Shown: piece after piece, positions 1 to 7,492 of the stretch
Layout: each line of letters opens with the position of its first letter
Numbering within the stretch: position 1 is the stretch's first letter
Assembly: GCA_016840035.1 (NCBI GenBank)
Contig: JAEOTC010000117.1
Span: 1 to 13,212, forward strand
Direction of reading: 5' to 3'
Source: Candidatus Hodarchaeota archaeon
GTDB lineage: Archaea; Asgardarchaeota; Heimdallarchaeia; Hodarchaeales; Hodarchaeaceae
DNA length: 13,212 nucleotides
Made by a program: the position numbers and the translations under genes
The notes under the pieces: generated by a model
Seen by the model: the letters and a program-made list of their open reading frames with translations, nothing else
The model's database searches: none
Told to the model about the DNA's origin: nothing

Positions 1-18
1 GGGAAGAAGAAGAAAGAA
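1..18 (-). terminator. Pyrimidine-rich (archaeal-type) terminator candidate for the surface protein gene
   Basis: The minus strand reads TTCTTTCTTCTTCTTCCC immediately after the TAA stop at 19-21. No hairpin; truncated by the window edge. Confidence 0.4.
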
Positions 19-3000
19 TTAAATTCTTCTCCGACGTTCTCGAATCACAAGGACTACAACAGGAATGGCTAAGACAACAATCATGAGCCTCATATTATCT
101 CGTATGAAGCTTGTCAAGGTCGTAAAGCCATCCACGCCTCCATCAGGAGTAGTTGTAGTGGTCTTAGATCCTGTATCAACAGCAGCATAAGCAGCTAGCA
201 GAGATACATCGCTGTAGGAGGTCCAACTCGAACTACTACTTCCGTCTTGGATTTTGAATGAGACTTGTGGAGTTCCAGATGAACTATCACTGATTTGAAG
301 GCCAGAAGAGATTGGAAAACCATCACCACCTTCATTACCTCCACTGGACATACCAGAAGTACCTTCCATGGGGTATCGACTATCGTATTCAACAGCTGCT
401 GGAGGTAATATTAAGGAAGGAGCGTCTTCTACAACGATCTTATAGTAGAACACAATTGTAGCTCCAGGAGCTAAATGAACACCAGCTACTGCAGCAATTG
501 ATATTGGCCACTCTGTGTGATCGAAAGCAAATCCTTGATCATATCCTGTAAGGATATTCCCTGATTCATCTGTTAGCTTGAAATTGTTACCCTCGTACGA
601 AGGGGACAGGTCAATTTTAGCCATACGTGTGGGGAAGTATGAGAATAACTTGATTGTAGTGAGCTCATCACCAAGGTTTTTCACTTCAGTTCTAATCTCA
701 ATTATGTCACCATTCTCAATATCTCCTCCATTCACATCATGCCAACTTACAGAAGTATTTACGATGGGAGTTGGATAACTAGGTTCAGTTTTACCTTTTT
801 TGTTACTCCTAGGAAGTGCCAAAACGATAAGTAGATTTGATGCAACATTAGAAATATCCGTCCGATTAAAAGCACTACCAAAATCTTCTGCTTCCTCAGT
901 TGTATAATCGACAACAAATCCAATTGGATGAAGACCTAAGAATAATGAAACAGTTCTTAAAAATGTAACAACTTTTGTTTCACCTGGATTTATTGTGCCC
1001 ACAGCTTCTTCTGCAGTAAAGACCTGAAAATCTCGGAGTTCCCAATCAGGCCCCATCAATGCTTGAAATCCTTGGATTTGGACATTCGTTGCAACGGCAT
1101 CTCCGACATTTTCTATAGTCACATTGATTTCAGCTACTTCACCCATCTCGAAGATGGTTGAATTGAGTGAAACTGTTGTTTTTAGAATCGCTTCATCGTC
1201 ATAGAGCTGGAAAATCAAACCGTTTGACCAACCAAAGTATTCTCTAGAGGCATTATCCTCATAGACAAACATTACCCCAGGAATGAATTCCTGATTAATT
1301 GGTGGATATCTTAAATCGGAACCTTCTTGTAGGGATTGATGGACTATCCAATCCTTGATATTGGTATATCCTCCAGTCATTTCACTGGTATTATCCACAA
1401 ATGTAATATTAGAATGGATGTGGTATCCTGAAGAATTATCTACCACCATATCACCATCAAAACCTAGAATGATAAAGGTATCATCTTCAGCGGGGAGATC
1501 GTCAATAGCCCACCAAAATTCTTCACTTGCACCCATTGGTAATTCATCAATGTAACCATACAAGTAGTTGGTACCATTCTGATATATTGTCCCAATGTTA
1601 TTGGAATGTTTGAAATTGAACATCGATTTATTTATGTATACAGATGCCATTGAAGCTTCTAAATCAATTTCATAGACTTGGGTCGTCGCATTGTAGACTG
1701 TTGCTGGTTGTACTGGAGTGCCATTAAGATATGTGAACCATCCTGTAATCTCCAAACTAATATTGATATGGGCTGGTGGGGCATGATAGTATTTTGAAAT
1801 TACTAATTCATTTACCAATTGACCACTAGAATAATTATGATATAAAATAATTCCAGGATCAAACAAGTAATTGTCAGAATCGAATACGGAAATGTATTCA
1901 GGTTCAAATTCTTCTTCTCCTAAATCCCATACGAACGTTGTATTATACGCGGTTTCATCACCTGTATTCGTCATGGTGATAGTGTAGTTGAGTTTTGGAT
2001 CCGTACTTGAATGAAGTGCAGCAGTATCTACATCTATATCTCCTGTTATTTGGGGAAATGTCTCTAATTCCTCAACTGCCATATCATAGACAACATAGAT
2101 ATCATCGTACGATGAATGAAATGGACCAGCTTTTAGGGTCCAATCGAAATTTCCTGTTAGTTCTGGATATAGACTGTTGGTTGCTGGATACAGATCCATT
2201 ACATTTGCTACATAGGGAAGCTTAAAGTTGATATGACTTATCAAAGCATCTGGTGACCCCCGAATAAGTCCTGAGTAGTCAAATGCATCCGAAATAGACA
2301 TTGTGTGCTCTCCAGAAACTGGATTAATGGTTATTCCATCAGGTTGTACAAATGCTGCAACAGCTGAAGGAATCCATTCATTTGCAGGTTTTACTAATCC
2401 AGTACCTACAATAGATAGGGGTGCAGATTCTATTACATGGTTTTGGATAAAGTTTGTATAACCACCATCACTGAAAATATCATAAAATTCGTTGTAGATA
2501 AAATCTGAATGGTTTTGAGGGCTTAGATAACCCCAATAGAAGAGGGTTGTTACACCTGATTCTTCGACACCATACAATACATCAAGAGTGGTACCCATCC
2601 AAGGGCTCAATTCATCTACAATCGATTGTGCGTCTTCAAGTGATGCTTGCAATCCTTGGGAGAATTGCATAAGAACAGTGGCACCATCCCTGAATTCCCA
2701 GATGGATCTTGGCCAATAATCTCTCCAATTATTTTGACGAGCACTTACAATATACAGTAAATTCAACTCATCAAATGGGGAGGTTCCGGGATTGAGGGGG
2801 AATGTTTTTTGTCCTCCATACTGATAGTAATTGGCAATTAAGGCTGATTCTCGAGCGGCTATCAGCTCTAGTCCTTCTATAAATGGATCAGAACCAACAA
2901 GCGTGTCAGCGAGAATCACCTCAGGTGCAGAGATAGTTGCTTGGGCAACAAGTCCAGATGCACCAGAGAAAATCAATGCTATCAGTGCGAGGCCAATTGA

Positions 3001-3027
3001 ACAAGTTTGATACGTTTTCTTTTTCAT
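19..3027 (-). CDS. Large secreted, membrane-anchored cell-surface (S-layer-like) glycoprotein with CARDB/DUF11-type Ig-like domains
   Basis: Signal peptide (MKKKTYQTCSIGLALIALIFSGASGLVAQA). Three Ig-like strand signatures (LNYTITMTNTGDETAYN, INVTIENVGDAVATNV, IRTEVKNLGDE). At least 17 N-x-S/T sequons, Ser/Gly- and Thr-rich linkers, a C-terminal TM helix and an RERRRRI tail. ATG at 3027 is preferred; the ORF track uses GTG at 3036. Confidence 0.8.
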   Translation of the reverse strand: MKKKTYQTCSIGLALIALIFSGASGLVAQATISAPEVILADTLVGSDPFIEGLELIAARESALIANYYQYGGQKTFPLNPGTSPFDELNLLYIVSARQNNWRDYWPRSIWEFRDGATVLMQFSQGLQASLEDAQSIVDELSPWMGTTLDVLYGVEESGVTTLFYWGYLSPQNHSDFIYNEFYDIFSDGGYTNFIQNHVIESAPLSIVGTGLVKPANEWIPSAVAAFVQPDGITINPVSGEHTMSISDAFDYSGLIRGSPDALISHINFKLPYVANVMDLYPATNSLYPELTGNFDWTLKAGPFHSSYDDIYVVYDMAVEELETFPQITGDIDVDTAALHSSTDPKLNYTITMTNTGDETAYNTTFVWDLGEEEFEPEYISVFDSDNYLFDPGIILYHNYSSGQLVNELVISKYYHAPPAHINISLEITGWFTYLNGTPVQPATVYNATTQVYEIDLEASMASVYINKSMFNFKHSNNIGTIYQNGTNYLYGYIDELPMGASEEFWWAIDDLPAEDDTFIILGFDGDMVVDNSSGYHIHSNITFVDNTSEMTGGYTNIKDWIVHQSLQEGSDLRYPPINQEFIPGVMFVYEDNASREYFGWSNGLIFQLYDDEAILKTTVSLNSTIFEMGEVAEINVTIENVGDAVATNVQIQGFQALMGPDWELRDFQVFTAEEAVGTINPGETKVVTFLRTVSLFLGLHPIGFVVDYTTEEAEDFGSAFNRTDISNVASNLLIVLALPRSNKKGKTEPSYPTPIVNTSVSWHDVNGGDIENGDIIEIRTEVKNLGDELTTIKLFSYFPTRMAKIDLSPSYEGNNFKLTDESGNILTGYDQGFAFDHTEWPISIAAVAGVHLAPGATIVFYYKIVVEDAPSLILPPAAVEYDSRYPMEGTSGMSSGGNEGGDGFPISSGLQISDSSSGTPQVSFKIQDGSSSSSWTSYSDVSLLAAYAAVDTGSKTTTTTPDGGVDGFTTLTSFIRDNMRLMIVVLAIPVVVLVIRERRRRI

Positions 3028-3066
3028 TTTAATCACGTATTTGGATTACTAAAAATGGTAATTTTG

Positions 3067-3084
3067 GAAAATCAGTTGATTTTC
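3067..3084. promoter_or_regulatory. Palindromic operator candidate GAAAATCA-GT-TGATTTTC
   Basis: Perfect 8-bp inverted arms between a TTTATAAA box (~3120-3127) and the start of the surface protein gene. Confidence 0.45.
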
Positions 3085-3118
3085 GCACTTTGAGCGTGAT
3101 TTCTCTAAGGAGGTTCAA

Positions 3119-3130
3119 TTTTATAAATAA
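3119..3130 (-). promoter_or_regulatory. TATA-box candidate for the surface protein gene
   Basis: The minus strand reads TTATTTATAAAA, matching the archaeal TTTAWA consensus, about 90 nt upstream of the start codon. Confidence 0.35.
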
Positions 3131-3428
3131 ATCTTTAAAATAACCTTGAATTTATGTATTCAAGAAAGCTTGAAAAAGATAGTTACAATGACATTTTTGG
3201 ATAATTATCACTCCTATGCAAGAAATTGTATAATAATAGGAAGAAATCTTCCATATATACTTTCTACAAGAAATTTAAAAGTTTCTCTTTACTAGTATAG
3301 AGTAGAGTAATTCTTTTGTGTTTTTCATAATAAGATAACAAAAATCTGATGAAAATTACGACTGTCAGCAAATAAATTTTCTTATGTAATCATAGATCTA
3401 GTATTTTATTCGGTTTAACAAGACAAAT

Positions 3429-3451
3429 CTTTAAGAATTGCGTATTGGTGA
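3429..3451 (+). promoter_or_regulatory. TATA-like box and GGTGA ribosome-binding motif of the HAD gene
   Basis: CTTTAAGA at 3429-3436 and GGTGA at 3447-3451, 8 nt before the ATG at 3460. Confidence 0.4.
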
Positions 3452-3459
3452 ACTATTAA

Positions 3460-4197
3460 ATGGTGAAAGTAATTTTTCTTGATGATGGAGGAGTAATGAA
3501 TGATAATCAGATCCGGGGAGGGCAGTGGCAAGAACTGGTGGCACAATTCTTTATTCCTAGGTTTGGAGGCATGAAAGCTGAATGGAAATCTGCAAACAGA
3601 TACGCACTAATAAGATTTATGGAGAAATATGAGAGAATTATGCATAAAACCCCATTACTTGACTTTAATCCTTTTTTAGAAACAATGATGGATAGATGGT
3701 TAACTGACATGTGTAAGAAGGTTAAGATTAACCCGCCACCTCATTCTGAGCGATTTCAGTTAGTACAGGAAGCAGAGAAATGGATTACTCCTAGAGTAAA
3801 ATCAGCCTATCCTGGAATTATTGAGATAATTAAGACTCTCAAGAGGCGTGGATATACACTTTGTACTGCTTCGGGAGAAGCCTCATGGACTTTAAAAGGA
3901 TATTTGAGTGGGATGGGGATTATTGACTGTTTCACTAACTTATATGGTCCAGATCTCATTAATACGGCTAAGCGGAGTAGCAAATACTACCAAAAGATTA
4001 TAAATGACATGAACATATCTCCAAGTGATGGAATTATAGTTGATGACTCTTCAATGCAGCTAGCTTTTGCTCACAAATTGGGAATGATAACTATTCATAT
4101 TTTACATGATTCGAAATGTGAAGAATCATCCTGTGATTATCACATTAGATATCCAAATGAATTATTGGATTTAATACTAAAAATTGAACAGGAATGA
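3460..4197 (+). CDS. HAD-superfamily hydrolase (subfamily IA-like phosphatase)
   Basis: Motif I VIFLDDGGV (DxGGV variant), motif II TASG, motif III Lys (TAKRS), motif IV IIVDDS, with a helical cap between motifs I and II. Confidence 0.85.
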   Translation: MVKVIFLDDGGVMNDNQIRGGQWQELVAQFFIPRFGGMKAEWKSANRYALIRFMEKYERIMHKTPLLDFNPFLETMMDRWLTDMCKKVKINPPPHSERFQLVQEAEKWITPRVKSAYPGIIEIIKTLKRRGYTLCTASGEASWTLKGYLSGMGIIDCFTNLYGPDLINTAKRSSKYYQKIINDMNISPSDGIIVDDSSMQLAFAHKLGMITIHILHDSKCEESSCDYHIRYPNELLDLILKIEQE

Positions 4198-4260
4198 AAG
4201 AAAGGGAATCCTTAATATTTATAATATAAATCAAAGAACTTAATTAAGAGTTGAAAAAGA

Positions 4261-4776
4261 ATGAGAGATACAAACAGAGATTTTCTAAAAAGTCTACTAA
4301 GGAAAAAATCTGTGCGAATTAATTTTATTTGTTCAGGAAATATTATCCGAAGCCCATATGCGGAGATATTATTTGAACATTTAATACAAGATGAAAAAAA
4401 GAGTTTTTTCAGAACAATTCAAACTGAATCTGGAGGAGTAAGGTATCGTAACTCATCCATATCAGCAGAGTCAACTGATATGTTACTCAGAGAAGGAGTG
4501 AGTCAAGATAGGATCAATCATTTTACTCCCAGATACTTTCTCGACTATCCCTCAATGTTTGAATCTGTGGATTTAATTTTAGTGATGGAGAGATCGCATC
4601 TTAGATCTATCCCATCCAAATTTAAAGGGAAGGCTTTTTTGCTACTGGATTTCGTATATGGAAAAAATGATGATGTTCCTGATCCTTATTTTGACCCACC
4701 TTATGAAAGAGCATATAATATGATCAAAAAAGCGCTTCAGGATTTAATCGAGATCCTAAACCAAAACACCGACTGA
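4261..4776 (+). CDS. Low-molecular-weight protein phosphatase (LMW-PTP family)
   Basis: P-loop FICSGNIIRSPYAE (Cx5RS), DLILVME, and the general-acid loop DVPDPYF. Confidence 0.88.
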   Translation: MRDTNRDFLKSLLRKKSVRINFICSGNIIRSPYAEILFEHLIQDEKKSFFRTIQTESGGVRYRNSSISAESTDMLLREGVSQDRINHFTPRYFLDYPSMFESVDLILVMERSHLRSIPSKFKGKAFLLLDFVYGKNDDVPDPYFDPPYERAYNMIKKALQDLIEILNQNTD

Positions 4777-4864
4777 TATAGTGCTCTTACGGAAAAAACA
4801 TATTTACATTTTTCAAGAATACTGGAAGTTATACTTTTATCGAATAAGATTAGAGGAGATATAA

Positions 4865-5362
4865 ATGTCCAAAGAAAATGAAAGTTCAGAAAAGTTTACA
4901 GAGATAGAATGGCATCGAAAGATGGCTGCTCAATTATTTAATCATACTTGGAATTTAATAGATAAAGGAGATAATCGATCACAAGAAGAAAATGATGAAA
5001 TGATTCATTCCGTGCACGCATCTCGTTACCATTGGGGTGTAGTAGTTAATTCTGGGAAATATCCCAAAACTGGACCAATGAATCTTGAAAGAGGTGACTG
5101 GCAAATTTCAAGGGTGTACTCCCTCCTAAAACGTTCCGAACCAGCCCTATATCACGCGAAACGTTGTTTAGAAATTTGTAAAAAAAATAACATCGGAGAT
5201 TTTGATCTCGCCTTCGCTTACGAAGCAATGGCTCGTGCCTTTTCTTTAACAGGAGATGAAGAATCTAAGAAATTCATCACGAAAGCTAAAGACGCAGCGG
5301 ACGCTATCTCTAAAAAGGAAGACAAAAAATACTTTCTTAGTGAATTAGCGACGATTGAATAA
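4865..5362 (+). CDS. Conserved hypothetical all-helical (TPR-like) protein
   Basis: 165-aa ORF with GAGGAG RBS at 4853-4858. Motifs FNHTWNLI, MIHSVHASRYHW, RGDWQISRVY and AFAYEAMARA resemble, from memory, a widespread uncharacterised family. Confidence 0.75.
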   Translation: MSKENESSEKFTEIEWHRKMAAQLFNHTWNLIDKGDNRSQEENDEMIHSVHASRYHWGVVVNSGKYPKTGPMNLERGDWQISRVYSLLKRSEPALYHAKRCLEICKKNNIGDFDLAFAYEAMARAFSLTGDEESKKFITKAKDAADAISKKEDKKYFLSELATIE

Positions 5363-5430
5363 TTCTTCTTCATTCTTCAATTCTACCTGTCAAAATTTAA
5401 GCTCCAATTCTCCCTCACGTAATAGAGGAT
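5363..5430 (+). promoter_or_regulatory. Pyrimidine tract (terminator) followed by TATA-like box and RBS of the glutaredoxin-FTR unit
   Basis: TTCTTCTTCATTCTTC follows the stop at 5362; AAAATTTAAG at 5392-5401; GAGGA at 5425-5429. Confidence 0.4.
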
Positions 5431-5434
5431 TAGA

Positions 5435-5746
5435 ATGTCTTTAGATCAAATTAAAATCCCGTCTAATGTAGTCAAGGTAGAAGGGCCTCGCAATAGGCAT
5501 CAGATATTCGTAGCCACGTTAAGTACTTGTATGTGGTGTAAGAAAGGAAAAGAGTGGCTGAAAGAAAACGGGTATGAATATACTTATCTCGATGTAGATC
5601 AGATTCCCGTTGAAGAGAAAAATCGGTTAAAAGCAGAGCTACATGCCACGTTTGGAGTTCGTCCCCGATTTCCTTTTATAGTTGTAGATAAATTTGCAGT
5701 TGATTCTGGTTACAATCCAGATATTTGGGAGGAAATGTTAAAATGA
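5435..5746 (+). CDS. Glutaredoxin/NrdH-like redoxin
   Basis: CxxC active site (STCMWCKK), YTYLDVD strand, cis-Pro motif RFPFIVV, C-terminal GYNPD. Confidence 0.9.
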   Translation: MSLDQIKIPSNVVKVEGPRNRHQIFVATLSTCMWCKKGKEWLKENGYEYTYLDVDQIPVEEKNRLKAELHATFGVRPRFPFIVVDKFAVDSGYNPDIWEEMLK

Positions 5747-6066
5747 GTACAAAATCGTATGAAGACGTTCATTCTTATGTAAATACAATCGCAAAACGTA
5801 AGGGATGGGTATTAAATGATAATGCAAAGACATTGAAAGATCTTATTGAAGGTTTGATGCAGAATTTTAACAGACATGGGTATTATAATTGTCCCTGTCG
5901 GGATTCACAGGATGATCGCAATTTAGATCGTGATATCATCTGTCCCTGTCGGTACTCAGAGCTTGATATCCAAGATTTTGGCCATTGTTATTGTGCCTTG
6001 TATTTTGACCCTTCAACAGATCTAGGAGGGCGAATTGGCATGATTCCTGAACGAAGACCTGAATAG
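5743..6066 (+). CDS. ftrC: Ferredoxin:thioredoxin reductase catalytic subunit (FTR-like, [4Fe-4S])
   Basis: Signature CPC...CPC...CYC (YYNCPCR, IICPCRY, GHCYCALY) and C-terminal IPERRP. The ATG at 5743 overlaps the glutaredoxin TGA (ATGA) and is preferred over the upstream start at 5725. Confidence 0.92.
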   Translation: MSTKSYEDVHSYVNTIAKRKGWVLNDNAKTLKDLIEGLMQNFNRHGYYNCPCRDSQDDRNLDRDIICPCRYSELDIQDFGHCYCALYFDPSTDLGGRIGMIPERRPE

Positions 6067-6115
6067 AAGTTCATCATCCAACTCACTTATACAAATTCGA
6101 AAGGTAAGTGTTTCT

Positions 6116-7108
6116 ATGGGCCTGAAAGCTCGTTTTGTTAAGAAAATGATGAACACTGTGGGAAGAAGAAGTTTTCAACAGCTTGTATCAAAAGAAAAAA
6201 AGATGTCACAATTGGATAATGTCCATTCAGCTGTGGAAGAATCTCCCGAAAGGTTTGAAATCGTCTTTGAAGCACTTGAATATCCTGCAAATCAACTCAA
6301 ACTCTTTTCATCCATTCGTACTATGAAACAAATCCCCTCTATCATGAGAAACTTAACCAAGTCTCTTTTATCTATTGAAGAAAATCCAATTGAGTCCAAA
6401 AAAGAAGTTACAGACGACTTTCTTCATCAGTTCGAGAGTTATGCATATTCCTTGAATATCGCATCAATTGGGTACGCGAGATTACCGAGTAAATTAGTTT
6501 TCAAAGAAAAAGCTGTACTTCACGATAAAGCTATAGTTCTAACCATGGAAATGGATAAGGAGAAGATAGAGCAAGCACCAAGTAGTAAAACCGCAACCAT
6601 GATCATGAAAACATATGATAAGCTTGGAATCGCATCTAATAAACTAACTGAGTATTTAAGAAAATATGGATATTCTGTTCAAGCAGGTCATCCGTTGGGT
6701 GGATTAGTATTATATCCTCCCCTTGCAGAATTAGCTAATTTGGGATTTCGAGGGAAGCATGGATTGATCATTACACCTGAACATGGCCCTCGTGTTCGAT
6801 TGACTGCAATATATACTAACATCCAAAATCTTCCCATCCCTTCTGAAAATCAATATAAGAAAATTGGTGACTTTTGTGAAAAATGTTTTCGTTGTGTTCG
6901 AAAATGTCCTGGTTTTGCAATACGAGATTACCCTGTAATGAATTCGAATGGATTACTCACTCATATTGATAATAAAGGATGTTTTCCGGTATTTTTGGAA
7001 TATCATGGTTGTTCTATCTGCTTGAAAGAATGTGCATTCAGTCGTGTTGACTATAATAAACTAATGAAACAATTTAGTGATCAATCACTTGATCCAGAAT
7101 TCGTATAG
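6116..7108 (+). CDS. Reductive dehalogenase/epoxyqueuosine-reductase-like cobamide- and 2x[4Fe-4S]-binding protein
   Basis: LAELANLGFRGKHGLIITPEHGPRVRLTAIYTN (RdhA/QueG superfamily core). Fe-S motifs CEKCFRCVRKCP and C-x9-CSICLKEC. Confidence 0.82.
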   Translation: MGLKARFVKKMMNTVGRRSFQQLVSKEKKMSQLDNVHSAVEESPERFEIVFEALEYPANQLKLFSSIRTMKQIPSIMRNLTKSLLSIEENPIESKKEVTDDFLHQFESYAYSLNIASIGYARLPSKLVFKEKAVLHDKAIVLTMEMDKEKIEQAPSSKTATMIMKTYDKLGIASNKLTEYLRKYGYSVQAGHPLGGLVLYPPLAELANLGFRGKHGLIITPEHGPRVRLTAIYTNIQNLPIPSENQYKKIGDFCEKCFRCVRKCPGFAIRDYPVMNSNGLLTHIDNKGCFPVFLEYHGCSICLKECAFSRVDYNKLMKQFSDQSLDPEFV

Positions 7109-7117
7109 AGATTTATT

Positions 7118-7363
7118 TTAACCAAGTAATTTATCAATTGTTTCTTTTAACCGAAAAATTGGAATTTCATTCCCATTAACGATTACTGTTCTACCCGTTG
7201 CTCCAAGTTCGCGTGTCCGATCTGAATCCGAGGTTAATGATGTAACATGAACCTTATTGTCAAATTCATTGAGGATATCCCAGACACGGGTCATCCAAAT
7301 TGAAAAAGAACAACTGCAGGCATCATTCGGAGAGATTACTTCAATTCGTGGGGTTTCATTCAT
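7118..7363 (-). CDS. Small thioredoxin-like-fold protein with CxC motif
   Basis: 81 aa; pattern strand(IEVIS)-CSC-helix-strand(VHVTSL)-helix(RELG)-TVIVNG-helix. It fills the gap between two genes without overlap. Confidence 0.65.
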   Translation of the reverse strand: MNETPRIEVISPNDACSCSFSIWMTRVWDILNEFDNKVHVTSLTSDSDRTRELGATGRTVIVNGNEIPIFRLKETIDKLLG

Positions 7364-7492
7364 AATTCTTCTCTCTCAAAATGGTTATCTCTGGAATAAG
7401 AACTAATGATTGGGTAAAGCCTCTTGTTTACTGAATAGAATCAGAAAAAACCTATATTTTAAACATAATGAATGACTCATAGGTAATGGATA

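Noticed and set aside
195-2225. ORFs 195..392(-), 578..778(+), 1355..1555(+) and 1995..2225(+)
   Set aside because: They lie wholly inside the surface protein gene, in alternative or antisense frames, with no recognisable motifs.
3037-3459. ncRNA, CRISPR array or replication origin in the 423-nt intergenic region
   Set aside because: Very AT-rich, with no GC-rich stems, no regularly spaced repeats and no ORB-like G-string motifs. A divergent promoter region explains it.
4261-4776. Arsenate reductase (ArsC) call and an ars operon
   Set aside because: The protein lacks the two resolving cysteines and has the DPY loop of phosphatases. No arsR, acr3 or arsB gene is in the window.
3507-5228. Antisense ORFs 3507..3710 and 5046..5228
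   Set aside because: Shadows of the HAD and hypothetical genes.
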